62,337 nt of DNA. Origin: Octopus bimaculoides (Eukaryota). Below are positions 13,210 through 25,690 of this stretch, in pieces; the first letter of the stretch is position 1; each line of letters begins with the position of its first letter. The stretch lies in NCBI RefSeq assembly GCF_001194135.2, contig NC_068986.1:81052450-81114786 (forward strand), read 5' to 3'. The notes under the pieces are model-generated. The model saw only the letters and a program-made list of their open reading frames with translations, ran no database searches and was not told where the DNA came from. A program made the translations under genes and the position numbers.

Positions 13210-15369
13210 TACCTTTCTCTTTATAAATGCCCCGGTTTCGTTGTCCCATTTTATTCAATATATACATACTCACACACGACCCGCATTAGACTCCCTACTC
13301 ATACTTTTATCGAACCGAGAGTCAAACTACAGCCCTTCCGTATCACTTACATAACCTAACCTACCATCTTAGGTCTTCTGCATACCAAAACTTATATATA
13401 TTAGAAATAATACATTTCTAAATCTCTCAGAGAGATTTAAGCAGTAGTGATACGTTAAAGTAGTTGTATACTGTCAACTTAATGTGACAGTCCCATGAAG
13501 GGAATCATACTACTGCTATTTAACCCTAGGAAGCTGCACCGCTTCCTTCGGCTTGACACATTTCCTGTGTCCTTATGTTTACGAGAGGGAGACAAGCACC
13601 TCCACCTAGCCAAGCCTGCATCCAGGGACATGTTTTGAAATTTTGAAATCAGTGAATGTGTTTCGCTAGAATTATTATATGTTTACGAGTGCTTGACAGG
13701 CATCCTCAGCCAGCAAGTCACGCTACTCCAGGCTGATGACGAGCAAAAACTCAGAAATATGTNNNNNNNNNNNNNNNNNNNNNNNNNNNNNNNNNNNNNN
13801 NNNNNNNNNNNNNNNNNNNNNNNNNNNNNNNNNNNNNNNNNNNNNNNNNNNNNNNNNNNNNNNNNNNNNNNNNNNNNNNNNNNNNNNNNNNNNNNNNNNN
13901 NNNNNNNNNNNNNNNNNNNNNNNNNNNNNNNNNNNNNNNNNNNNNNNNNNNNNNNNNNNNNNNNNNNNNNNNNNNNNNNNNNNNNNNNNNNACTACTTAC
14001 AATTTTTGTGAGACGCTGCGTTCAATCATGTAAAAACAAAAGTAAATGAGTATATGCATATATACGTACAGGTATGTGCATACCGACATCCACCTGTATG
14101 TATAGGTGCATATCTGGGTACAGGACATTGCACACAAACGTAGACGAGAACACACGAGCCACATAGAGAACATTCTACTTCTTCAGCTACCCACGTTTTA
14201 ACACCGGCATATATACACACTAAACGTTTTGTATATACTAGTGTACAAAGCCTATTCTGAAATGTCTATAGTAGAACCATGCTAGTATTATTGCTGGCAC
14301 AGTAGGTCCCATTTAATACAATGTGCAAGTGGCTCTATTCACACGACTGATTAGTCTCTGATTACGTAATCATAATAATTAATCAGCTTCGCGAGTTATG
14401 ATTTATTTGATAATGGCTTGCCCAAGTTATACCATACTCCCTTCTCTCTTTCCATCCTTCTCTCTTTCCATCCTTCTCTCTCCTCTCTTTCTCCCTACTT
14501 CTCCCTTTTTCTTTCCCTGTCTGTCTCTCTCCTTTTGTCTGTCGCGCGCGCGCGCGTACGAACACACATAAACGACCAGCTATAACAAACCGAAAAGAGC
14601 CAAGTGAATGATATTTGTTCAGTCCCGGCATGCAGATTATGGTTAGTTTTTCACACTAAATCTAATACGTTTATATTCATGTATGCGAAATTGTCGTAGC
14701 TAATTAACTAGCTTTATCATTCATAAATAACGTGTTTGTTGAAGTATGAATTAGGACACCGTGGGTGAGGAGCAGTTGTTTGGTCTTCACTTAGATTGAA
14801 AGCTATTAATATTTCAAACTATTCTGTATAAAACCGTCAGTTATGACGATAATTAAAGTTTTCCGGACTATTTGCCTCGTCTTTATTACTTTTATTTACA
14901 TGTCATATTCCTGAATATGATATAAATATTATTTACATTATTTCAAGATGTATTTGATCTTGACTTTTCCTTTTATAAATATTAATACAATGAAACGCCG
15001 GCTTACTGACAATTAATAGTGTGTTATAAAGATATTTAAGTTTAATCAACCAGTAATGGCAGCCAGATTGGACTGAAAACTGTACAAGTTCTGCTGATGC
15101 AGTAACCAGTAAGAACTGGCATAAAAATCCCAGAAATTCTGGGATTTTCCTAAACAGAAAACAGCAAACTGATTCAGATTCTCTAAATATAATTAAAAAA
15201 ATATTTGCAAAACATTCCAAAGGATTCTCCGTTTGAAGTTCTTGCACTGAAAATATGCAGTTGATAATATATACATATGTTAAACATACACATAAACAGT
15301 AATGAAACAACAAACTTGAATACTAAAGCGACATATATACTCACTACATGAATACAAGTTTATCCACAT

Positions 15370-15432
<63 letters not shown>

Positions 15433-15798
15433 CATACACCGACTAACTTGGACAACCATAAACCGCAAAAGGTGTCTTAGCTTAAATAGGAGAGCCTTAT
15501 TAGTGACGGGCTTGGAATCTGTGAAGTATAATTTTTTTTTTATTTTACAGAAACTATTCAGATTCTGTCTTTGATAACTCACTACAAAATAAGATCACAC
15601 ACATTTCCTTTATATCGTGCAAAAAAAAAATGGTTCCAGTTATTTATATATTTTTCAAATGTCGTAACTCAAAATAATTTGCAATTGCTATGAACATTTG
15701 TTCAGCAGTTCTGGTGAATAATACCTGGGCAAGGTTGAATTATGTAATCTGTCATGCGTATGTATATACCTTGATACCGGATTTACACGCTCATGCAT

Positions 15799-15830
<32 letters not shown>

Positions 15831-16554
15831 TGATATATATATACACTTCCATATACATGTATATATATATCAAATTAACGAAAAACATTTTATTTTTATG
15901 GTTTCTTTCATCTAGGAGTGGTTAAAGGGAAAAAATATAAAATTACAAAATTTTGAGGTGAAAATGTATGTACTCACCTTCTAGTTCGCAATTCGAAAAT
16001 ACATATCGGTGTAAGTATAAAAAAATCAAATTTGCAGTTCAAAGAAAATGCTTGCAGACCTTAACAAAGTTATTAGTTTTTGTTAATTGAAAGGAAACCT
16101 ATTCCCAGAGACAAGAGAATTGTTGACTGAAACAATGGAAATCCGACACGGGTTATGGTTAATGACGCTGGAGATCTAATTAAAACGAATCATACTCAGA
16201 GTTGTCACCTTGTCTTCTAAAAACTATCACCTGTCCCCTACTCACCCATTCACTAAACATGAAAATGCAAATTTTGTGAAATTATTCCTAATTTCCAGAA
16301 ACTATCTCCCCGTTTTCCTCTGAGGGTCACTAATAATTGTCACAAGGTTTTAGTTTTCCTTCTCCAACTAAAATTAAAATTTCAATTTTTTATGATTCTT
16401 TTACCTACATTATTCAGGACATCAGCATTTATTTGAATAAACTAAATTCATAGCATTGGCCCACTTGAGTTAGTTCCTTTAGCCCATTTTCTTTAGGTGT
16501 GTATATACCTTGTACGTACGTATATAACAGTCGTCAATAAACAACTTGTAAAAT

Positions 16555-16955
16555 ATAGGTTTCAAACTTTGGCACAATGCCAGCAATTTTGATGAAGGGG
16601 ACACGTCGATTACATCGACCCCAGCAGTCAACTAGTACTTATTTTATACACTCCAAACGGATGAAAGGCAAAGTTAGTCTCAGCGGAATTTAAACTCAGA
16701 ACGTAAAGTCGGACAAAATGCCGCTAAGTATTTTACGATTCTAGCAGCTCGCTCCCTTAGCAATCTGTATATTAAAGTGTCTTCGAAGGCGGCCGGATAA
16801 AATTCTTTGCGGCATTTCGTCCGTCTTTACGTTCTGAGTTCAAATTCCGGTGAATCTTTCGGGATGAATAAGTACCAATCGATCACTGGGTCGATATAAT
16901 CGACGTACTTCCACCCCGAAACTGCTGATCTTGTGCCAAAATTTGAAACCGATAT
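16555..16955. mobile_element. Two oppositely oriented copies of the major tRNA-derived SINE (- 16555-16757, + ~16787-16955)
   Basis: B-box-like gagttcaaattcc and the conserved ctttcatcctttcggggtcgataaa...agtacc block. Confidence 0.75.
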
Positions 16956-16992
16956 AATAGTGTCTTCTCTTACATACTTCAGAATCTAATGA

Positions 16993-17584
16993 TGGATCTT
17001 TGTGGTTATCGTCACTGCCTACAATTTTGTTCCAATGGTTTTCAAATTTGGTATATGGATTAAGTTTTGTATACTAAAGTTTGTAAAATTTGGGTATTTT
17101 AGCCAAGCAGAAGCGAGTATTTTGCACATCACCGTGAAGTTCTGTTAGCATAGTAAGCAAAGAAGCACCACAAGTTCCATAGCTGATTGCGAAGAACTCT
17201 GTTTCCATAGTAACCAAAGATGCTGCGCATGCGCATAAGGAGTGTAGCCACCACTTGTTCTATAATTGTTTGTTTTCATAACAGTAGGAATTCGATTCTA
17301 GAACGTTTTTTGTTGTTTATTGTAGCTAGTTTAATGTTTTGACATGCCGTTGTCCCCACCCTTTCTCGCTACTGTGATAGCCGATGGAAGAGGCAGCGAA
17401 CGCGCTGTTTTCTGACTGGCTGAAAATTATTAAACTTTGAACATTTGTGAGTTTTGAAAAAATTTTCTGGAATAAATGAATAACAAATTCGGATTCAGCA
17501 TCAAAAATTTTATTTATATGATACATTAAAAAAATTTTTTTTTTAAAGATTTCGACATACAGTGACAAAAACCACAAAGATCCC
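16993..17584. mobile_element. Unclassified MITE with ~25-bp imperfect TIRs and apparent 6-bp TSD TAATGA
   Basis: Left tggatctttgtggttatcgtcactg; right cagtgacaaaaaccacaaagatccc; TAATGA at 16987-16992 and 17585-17590. Confidence 0.75.
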
Positions 17585-18127
17585 TAATGACTGCTATATT
17601 TTAATAAATCGCAGTTCTTAACGTTGCTTTTATCATTGTTTGCCGACAAGAAAAGAAATTATTATTTGAAAACTAAAAGAAATCATTATTGTTCACCGAC
17701 AATATTTGGAGCCAAAGTAAAGAAAACAGATCTCGCTGGTCACAATGACGTCAGGCAACAGCGAAGCAAGACGCGAGGTACACGTGATCATCGAACATTT
17801 TAAATTGCTGAAGTGAAGCTTCCGTTTTCCCTTTGAACAACCGACAGTTGTTAGAAATTTCATACTGTGGAATTGTTAACACAGAGAGAGCCTTTTCTCA
17901 GTAGGCCTACATTTAGAAATTCTGTCATTTTTATTTTTTTTCCTTGGTATTTGTTTTTGTTCAGTTTCTTAACGTTGAATCTTTCGAATACGGAATTCGA
18001 TTTTAAGTTCCAGTTTTTGTGTTGGTTCATACGAAACAAGTGATAAGCTTTCATTAGGATATCTAGTAATTCAATTTCAACCCTAACCCTCGTTTTTAGA
18101 TTTAATCAAGATTTTGAAATTTTATAG

Positions 18128-18175
18128 AAAGTAACGAAAAGACCAACCAGCTCATGATTCTTAGGAGTGAATACG
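18128..18175 (+). CDS. Candidate upstream coding exon (48 nt, phase 1-1) of the EGF/TM precursor gene: xSNEKTNQLMILRSEY
   Basis: ttttatag acceptor and ACG|GTAAGA donor. Open in phase 1 and joins 19854 in frame (G+CT=Ala). No homology support. Confidence 0.5.
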
Positions 18176-18574
18176 GTAAGATTATCACTTTTGTTTTCAC
18201 ATCATTGTCTCAGAGCTGGTAATAGAACACAGTGTTACAAACTAACTATATTAAGAAATGCACTTACCCATATATATATATGCACTTGCATATACATATT
18301 TACAACTTACACACATAAGAGTATCTATACTCACATACAGATATACAAATTTACACATGCATACATAAGTATAGCCCTATATATCTATGCAAACAGGCGG
18401 ATACACACATGTATCTATATTTACATAATAAAGCTTAGACAGAATCTCAAGAATAAACCCATATATCCATACTGATTGTCCATCAAAATACGACCACGAT
18501 GCTGTCCACTCTCTTAATTGGTGAGATCTTTGATCGCTGAACAGTCCTATCCTTTTATTTTTCTTTAGTTACTT

Positions 18575-18826
18575 TTTCGAGTCATGCCAACTTATAAGGG
18601 CTGGTTTCCCAGTTTCATGGCACATATATATTCCCCACCTGGACGGGACACCGGTCTGTCGCAGGATTACTCAATTTTGGCAGCTGAGCGAACTGGAGCA
18701 ATGTGAAATGAAGTGTTTTGCTCAAGAACACAAGGCGTCGCTCGGTCCAGGAATCGAAATCACAATCTTACGATTATGAGTCCAACACCCTAACCACTGA
18801 GCCACGCACCTCCACACTTCTATCCT
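18575..18826 (-). mobile_element. tRNA-derived SINE, second family (related copy at ~51525-51668)
   Basis: Reverse complement starts ggaggtgcgtggctcagtggttagggtgttggactc...ttcgattcct (A and B boxes). Confidence 0.75.
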
Positions 18827-19251
18827 ATCCCCATTCAAGATTTTATTGCTGGTATGGTATGTGATAGTAGTGCAAACCATGGTTACATGGTTCCATATCT
18901 CCTGGCATTCTTCTGCAGTTTTCCAACATATGATCCTCCATTTCCAACTCATGATCCCGGCTTCAATAGATACCGCTAAATAGTCAACAATAGCATTGTA
19001 CATTTCCTCCCAAACGTACTTGCATTTCCTCAAAGCATTCTTCACTAGAACATTACAACACTTCTTTGGTCCTGGAACAGAGCGGCGAACACTACACAAA
19101 TGGTCGTATATTACTTTGTTGGGTAGCTGGTACGTGGAATCATCTTTATCACGTTCCCGAGCCACTGAAACTGGTACTGGGTGATCATGGCCTTAATATT
19201 TTGCCCGTTGTTCACTATAAGTAAAGTATTGTGTTATACACGCGCGCGCGT

Positions 19252-19327
<76 letters not shown>

Positions 19328-19853
19328 ACACATAGACACACTCACATAAACACACACACACGTGTTGGTATTTATGTGTTTAATTCAACAAAATCGCTTA
19401 AAACAAAAAAGGTAACATTACTTTCCCATCAATAGACATCGATAACATTAAGTATCTGACTAGAACATGAACAAAGTACTGGGGTCGTCGATATGAAGGA
19501 CTACATACATCCTTAAAAGTGGTGCTCCAGCCTGGCCGTAACCTAATGGCTAAACCAAGGAAAGAATTAAAAAACAATGAATATACTATGTAACACCAAT
19601 GAGCAGTCGTCAAGTGTTTTATGGAATTAATAGTATTCTTTACATGCGTATCTATGAAGAGAATGGGTAGAGTCAGAATACAGACTAAGCTTATAGGTTT
19701 TCCTTTCTCCACTTCAGAATAGTGGATTTAGTCTCTCATCAAATGAAAATAACCCTGTGGATATAATTCGTAAAATAGCACAGAACGTGTTCTATGTACC
19801 AACAAGTGAATCAGTTGTAATTTAATACAGTGAAATATTTGTTCCTTTGACAG

Positions 19854-19934
19854 CTTTATTGAGGAGAAGGCGGTCTATAGAGACAAATCATATTTACAAT
19901 TTGGACGAGATCGCAGCTGATGACGACGAAATAG
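19854..19934 (+). CDS. Coding exon (81 nt, phase 1-1) with polybasic convertase site: ALLRRRRSIETNHIYNLDEIAADDDEI
   Basis: ttcctttgacag acceptor and TAG|GTAGGC donor. Open frame with RRRR|S; joins the EGF exon in frame (G+AG=Glu). Confidence 0.72.
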
Positions 19935-20319
19935 GTAGGCACTTATTCATACATTGCATTTATATTGTATTTCTTCGGTTCGTAGACATTAAGTAACAGC
20001 AGGTCGTACACCGAAAGTACAATTTCACTTCCCTTAAACTGCCAAAAAAAAAGGAAATATTTAAATATATATATATTCTGTGCATCATCTTCGTTACACC
20101 TCGATTTAAAAATCAAACTTGTAACAATGCTGTCATTAAGAGAAGTGCTTATCTCCCATTTCAATAACTGCCGCCAGGGCATTTCACGTGTTTAAACCCA
20201 AGATAAATTATGAATGAATTACATGCTACCAGCATCGCTGAGGTCCGTTTTGATAAATTTTGAAGGATACAAATATAAAGGCTGTCTCATAATGACGGGT
20301 GCATTTTATTTGTAATATT

Positions 20320-21460
20320 TGGAGGGCAGCGAGCTGGCTGAATCGTTAGCACGCCGGGCGAAATGCTTAGCGGTATTTCGTCTGCCTTTATGTTCTGAGT
20401 TCAAATTCCGCCGATGTCGACTTTGCCTTTCCTCCTTTCGGGTCGATAAATTAAGTACCAGTTGCGTTGCGTACTGGGGTCAATCTAATCGATTGCCCCC
20501 CCCCACTCCCCCAAAATTTCGGACCTTGTGCCTAGAATAGAAAAGAAAATTTGTAGGGCAGCGAGCTGGCTGAATCGTTAGCACGCCAGGCAAAATGCTT
20601 AGCAGTATTTCGTCCGCCTTCACGTTCTGAGTTCAAATTCTGTCGAGGGTGTCTTTGCCGTTCATCTTTTCGGGGTCNNNNNNNNNNNNNNNNNNNNNNN
20701 NNNNNNNNNNNNNNNNNNNNNNNNNNNNNNNNNNNNNNNNNNNNNNNNNNNNNNNNNNNNNNNNNNNNNNNNNNNNNNNNNNNNNNNNNNNNNNNNNNNN
20801 NNNNNNNNNNNNNNNNNNNNNNNNNNNNNNNNNNNNNNNNNNNNNNNNNNNNNNNNNNNNNNNNNNNNNNNNNNNNNNNNNNNNNNNNNNNNNNNNNNNN
20901 NNNNNNNNNNNNNNNNNNNNNNNNNNNNNNNNNNNNNNNNNNNNNNNNNNNNNNNNNNNNNNGTACCAGTTACGCACTGGAGTCGATAAAATCGACTTAA
21001 TCCGTTTGTCTGTCCTTGTTTGTCCCCTCTGTGTGTAGCCCCTTGTGGGCAGTAAAGAAATAGGTATTTCGTCTGCCGTTATGTTCTGAGTTCAAATTCC
21101 GCCGAGGTCGACTTTGCCTTTCATCATTTCGGGGTCGATAAATTAAGTACCAGTTACGCACTGGGGTCGATGTAATCGACTTAATACCTTTGTCTGTCCT
21201 TGTTTGTCCCCTCTATGTTTAGCCCCTTGTGGGCAATAAAGAAATAAGAATCGTTAGCACGCCAGGCAAAATACTTAGCAACATTTCGTCCGCCTTCACG
21301 TTCTGAGCTCAAATTCTGCCTCAGTCGACTTTGCCTTTCACCCTTTCACCCTTTCATCCTTTTGATAAAATGAGTACCAGCTGATCACAGGGGTAGAAGT
21401 GATAGGTTTACACTGTCCCCCGAAATTGCTGGCCTTGTGCCAGAATTTAAAACCAATATT
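20320..21460 (+). mobile_element. Head-to-tail array of about five SINE copies (major family), interrupted by a gap
   Basis: Repeated ggcagcgagctggctgaatcgttagcacgcc...gagttcaaattccgccgaggtcgactttgcctttcatcc...agtaccag units. Confidence 0.85.
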
Positions 21461-21696
21461 TGTAATATATGTACTTGTTCCAGTCCGAGTTACTTGCGTT
21501 TAAAAAGTGTCCCACCTGTGTGAGACTCCCTGAGGGACATAGTTCCTATTATCAAGAAAGTAATGACTTCACCAGGTATTAATCGAACCAAGGAGGAAGT
21601 TGCAACGCTGTCGGTAGACCTAGAAAAAATCGCTGCAAAACCTCCCTCACATGCAACATCAGTCTATAAAATAGTTAAATATTCAGATAAAGTCAA

Positions 21697-22262
21697 TATT
21701 GGTTTCAAATTTTGGTACAAGGCCAGTAATTTCGGGGGAAGCGGCTTGACAATTACATCGGCCCCCAGTGCTCAACTGGTACTTATTTTAACGACCTCAA
21801 AAGCATAAAACTCGGCGGAATTGAACTCAGAACATAAAGACGTCTGTCTGCACGATCTAAGTTCAAATTCCCCGAGGTCGACTCTGCCTTTCATCCTTTC
21901 GGGATCGATATATTAAGTACCAGCGAGAAACTGGGGTCGATGTAATTGACTAGTCTCCTACCACCAAATTTCAGGCCTTGTGTATTTGGCTCAGCGTGCT
22001 AACGATTCTGCCAGCTCGCCGTCTTACGACAAGCCTATATTGAATAGAATATCTTCTCTACGAAAGGCACAAGGCCTGAAATTTGGTGGGAGGAGACTAG
22101 TCGATTACATTGACCCCAGTGTTTCGCTGGTACTTAATATATCGATCCCGAAAGGATAAAAAGCACAGTCAACCTCGATGGAATTTTAACTCAGATCGTG
22201 CAGATGGATGAAAAGCTGCTAAGCATTCTGCCCCGCGTGCTAAACACTCTGCAGCTCGCCGC
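21697..22262. mobile_element. Rearranged SINE cluster containing a ~140-bp local inverted duplication (21845-21982 vs 22066-22205)
   Basis: The two arms share private variants (tctgcacgatct, gggatcgatatattaagtaccagcga, gactagtctcct) not seen in other copies in the window. Confidence 0.8.
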
Positions 22263-22627
22263 TTTGATACTGAATAGAATCTAACAGAAAGGAAGACGCG
22301 ATGGACACGGCGAGAATAAAGGTTGATTGATATCTTTCTGAGGCATAGAAATACAAAACGATAACTAGGAACTGAAGGTAGTTAATATCGTCAGCGCCTT
22401 TTATATCCTCCCTGGATACTAAGAAGCATCACAATGCCTCATTAACACTGCTTCATCATTCGGTAGTTAATGATAAAATTTGGAGAGGTATGAAGCAAAT
22501 GGCTTTTAAAGAAAGATTAATGCTAATCGTGCTAAGAAAGACACAAAGTGTTTAGTTCTGTATGTTATTTAATGGATCTACGTATACTGGTACACTTCAG
22601 AAATACATCAATGTGGCTATGCTCATA

Positions 22628-22790
22628 TCAGGAGCAGGCATGAATGTGTGGTTAAGAAGTTTGCTTTGCAACCACTTGCCTTCAGGTTCAGTCCCACTGC
22701 GCGGTAGCTTAGGCCAGTGTCTTCTACAACAATCCCCGGGCCAACCAATGTCTTGTGAGTAAATTTGTTGACAGCAACCGCGTGAAAGCT
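22628..22790 (+). mobile_element. tRNA-derived SINE, third family (further copies on - at ~26040-26235 and ~58996-59100)
   Basis: gtgtggttaagaagtttgctt...ttcaggttcagtcccactgcg...gtgtcttctac head followed by a (TG)n tail. Confidence 0.7.
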
Positions 22791-22797
22791 TGTGTGT

Positions 22798-22850
<53 letters not shown>

Positions 22851-23510
22851 NNNNNNNNNNNNNNNNNNNNNNNNNNNNNNNNNNNNNNNNNNNNNNNNNN
22901 NNNNNNNNNNNNNNNNNNNNNNNNNNNNNNNNNNNNNNNNNNNNNNNNNNNNNNNNNNNNNNNNNNNNNNNNNNNNNNNNNNNNNNNNNNNNNNNNNNNN
23001 NNNNNNNNNNNNNNNNNNNNNNNNNNNNNNNNNNNNNNNNNNNNNNNNNNNNNNNNNNNNNNNNNNNNNNNNNNNNNNNNNNNNNNNNNNNNNNNNNNNN
23101 NNNNNNNNNNNNNNNNNNNNNNNNNNNNNNNNNNNNNNNNNNNNNNNNNNNNNNNNNNNNNNNNNNNNNNNNNNNNNNNNNNNNNNNNNNNNNNNNNNNN
23201 NNNNNNNNNNNNNNNNNNNNNNNNNNNNNNNNNNNNNNNNNNNNNNNNNNNNNNNNNNNNNNNNNNNNNNNNNNNNNNNNNNNNNNNNNNNNNNNNNNNN
23301 NNNNNNNNNNNNNNNNNNNNNNNNNNNNATATATATATATATATATATATAAGGTAAGCAGTTAGTGGTTATAGTAACCGACTAAGGGATAAAATATCCG
23401 TATGTACTATCGGTATCAGTTAACTTTGGGCATGGGTAAATAAGCACACCCTGCTCGTACGGTACAGGTAACAACAGAATAAACAAAAGTTTATCAGGAA
23501 TCAAATTTAA

Positions 23511-23778
23511 ATAATCAGAAAATGGAGAAAACTTTAGATCAACAAATGAATCACTTGGACCACATCAATAGATTATTTCTAATACAAAATATGACATAAC
23601 ATTTATGTGACATAACAATTCTTACGGCCGTCTCCGCTTCCAATGTCAGTCAGTGCCTACGAAAAAGAATTGTTATGTCACATAAATGTTATGTCAAATT
23701 TTGTATTAAAAAATAATCTACTGATGTGGTCCAATTGATTTGTTTGTTGATCTAAAGTTTCCTCCACTTTCTGATTAT
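23511..23778. mobile_element. Foldback/MITE-like element: ~113-bp inverted arms, 41-nt loop
   Basis: 23511-23623 is the reverse complement of 23665-23778 at roughly 90% identity by eye; TA at both ends. Confidence 0.88.
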
Positions 23779-24346
23779 ATATATAAAGGCGGTGCTCCAG
23801 CATGGCCGCAGTCAAATGACTGAAACAAGTAAAAGAATATGTATATATATATATATGGTACAAATGAAAACGGAAAAAAAAAAACGAAGACGAAGTAAAA
23901 AGACAAATAAACGAGGTGTATTATGTTGACACTCGGAAACATTTATATTTGTCTGTATGCGTGACTGTTTGACTGTGTGTGCCCCCACATGGTTTAAGAG
24001 CCGGTGTTAGTTAGCAGTTCAACAAAAGTAACCGATGGATAAGTATCAGGTTTTTAGAAAATAAGCATCGTAAGTACGGCGGACGATTTGTTCGACTAAA
24101 ACCTTTCAAGGCGGTGCCCCCAGTATGGCCGCATTGAAACAAGTAGATTAAAAATAAATAATAACAGATATAGATTATGAATCAAGAATTCAAGATAGCT
24201 TTCATAGCATCCATTTATGGCAATTTTAAAACATCTTCTTGCAATACTTCCGATCAAGGAAACTAAAGACAATTTATTAGTAACATTATAGTCACGATTG
24301 ATACCAGTAGATTACAATAAAACATACCTCGTCCTGTGTCTTTCAG

Positions 24347-24469
24347 AGATATATTGGAAGTGTAGCAGCAACTTATGTAAAAATGGGGCCAAATGCTTTG
24401 AAAGAGGGCCAGAATTGTGGTGTCGATGTCCGAAAAAATACACAGGAACGTGGTGTGAGATAAAACGAG
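24347..24469 (+). CDS. EGF-like domain exon (123 nt, phase 1-1): EIYWKCSSNLCKNGAKCFERGPELWCRCPKKYTGTWCEIKR
   Basis: Six Cys in C-x4-C-x5-C-x8-C-x-C-x8-C spacing with NG and YTG motifs. tgtctttcag acceptor, GAG|GTAAAA donor, symmetric phase-1 module exon. Confidence 0.92.
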
Positions 24470-25407
24470 GTAAAACTATTTATAATTCGATTCCTGAGTT
24501 CAATTCTGAACTATGAGCAGATCAAGCAACTCTATTGTAGCAGATATCATTGCCTTAGTATTTATCTTTCAACTAGTGTAGTTCACAGCGCACTTCTGAT
24601 TTCTGGTTGTAATACGCTTACTTCTCTTACATAGATAATACTGCTGATAAAGACATAAATCTCTTTCGTTCCTATGTTACTTGTATGTATAAATGTGACA
24701 TTTTGTATCTACAAACGCGTTATTCCATCCTATAATAACGAGCGATTTGAAGCGATGTAAATTTCATTGAGTACGAAACTAGCAATCCGATTTTAGTTAA
24801 ATGTCAGAAACGTTTTATCAATATTCTTAATGGCCTCTAGAAAGAGACAGAGATCACTCCATTTTCTATCTCTATGCATCTTAAAGCAGCATGTTCAGTT
24901 TGGTATCCAAGACACAGGATCCTAAAAAGCTTAAATAAACTACGTCATGGTTATTACTGCTGTTACTGCCGCTGCCGCTGCAACATACATATGCATTTTA
25001 TAATACAACTAAAGATATTTCCAACTTGCTGATAAACTATCACTCACCAAATGACAGTGAGAAAGAGATGCATTTAATAACAAACTCTAAATAATACATC
25101 ATATATGTCTGTCATCGCTACAGTTCAATACTTGCTTCAGTAGGAAGATAATACGAATGCAACATTCAGATAAGTGACTTCAAGTTCATATTTTGCTTTT
25201 CATTTAAGGCAAAACTATGATTAATGCAACTGAGGAAAATTAGGTGCAGAATTCTTCATCTAACAAGAGTACCAGGGATGTTTGAGGTCACAGGATGGGT
25301 TAATGAGGCCATTACAACAAAAACAGTGCTAGTATTAATAACTACGCTAATAGTGGTAGACTGACAAATATGTTCCAGCCGTGAACATTTTGACTTTTAG
25401 TCCTACA

Positions 25408-25690
25408 TGGCACTCCGTCGGTTGCGACGACGAGAGTTCCAGTTGATCCGATCACCGGAACAGCCTGCTCGTGAAATTATCGCGCAAGTGGCTGAGAACT
25501 CCACAGACACGCGCACTCTTAACGTAGTTTTCGGGGAGATTCAGCGTGACACAGAATGTAACAAAGCTAGCCCTTTGAAATACAAGTACTACTTATTTTT
25601 TGCCAGCTGAGTGAACTGTAGCAATGTGGAATAAAGTGTCTGGCTCAAGGACACAACGCCAAATACCCTAACCACTAAGCCACGTACCTT
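25408..25690 (-). mobile_element. SINE with the same 3' tail as the 30307 family
   Basis: Reverse complement of ...gcacgttaatttcacgagcaggctgttccgttgatcggatcaactggaac...gacggagtgcc tail. Confidence 0.7.

Noticed and set aside
13733-13762. Second hammerhead-like CTGATGA-c-GAG-caaaaa-CTC-a-GAAA
   Set aside because: Only a 3-bp stem II, an extra base before GAAA, and stem III falls into the N gap; cannot be supported.
17900-17990. Hydrophobic stretch as the missing signal peptide
   Set aside because: No in-frame ATG before the upstream stop in either candidate frame; it is a T-rich tract.
18079-18090. Telomeric repeat (AACCCT)2
   Set aside because: Only two units.
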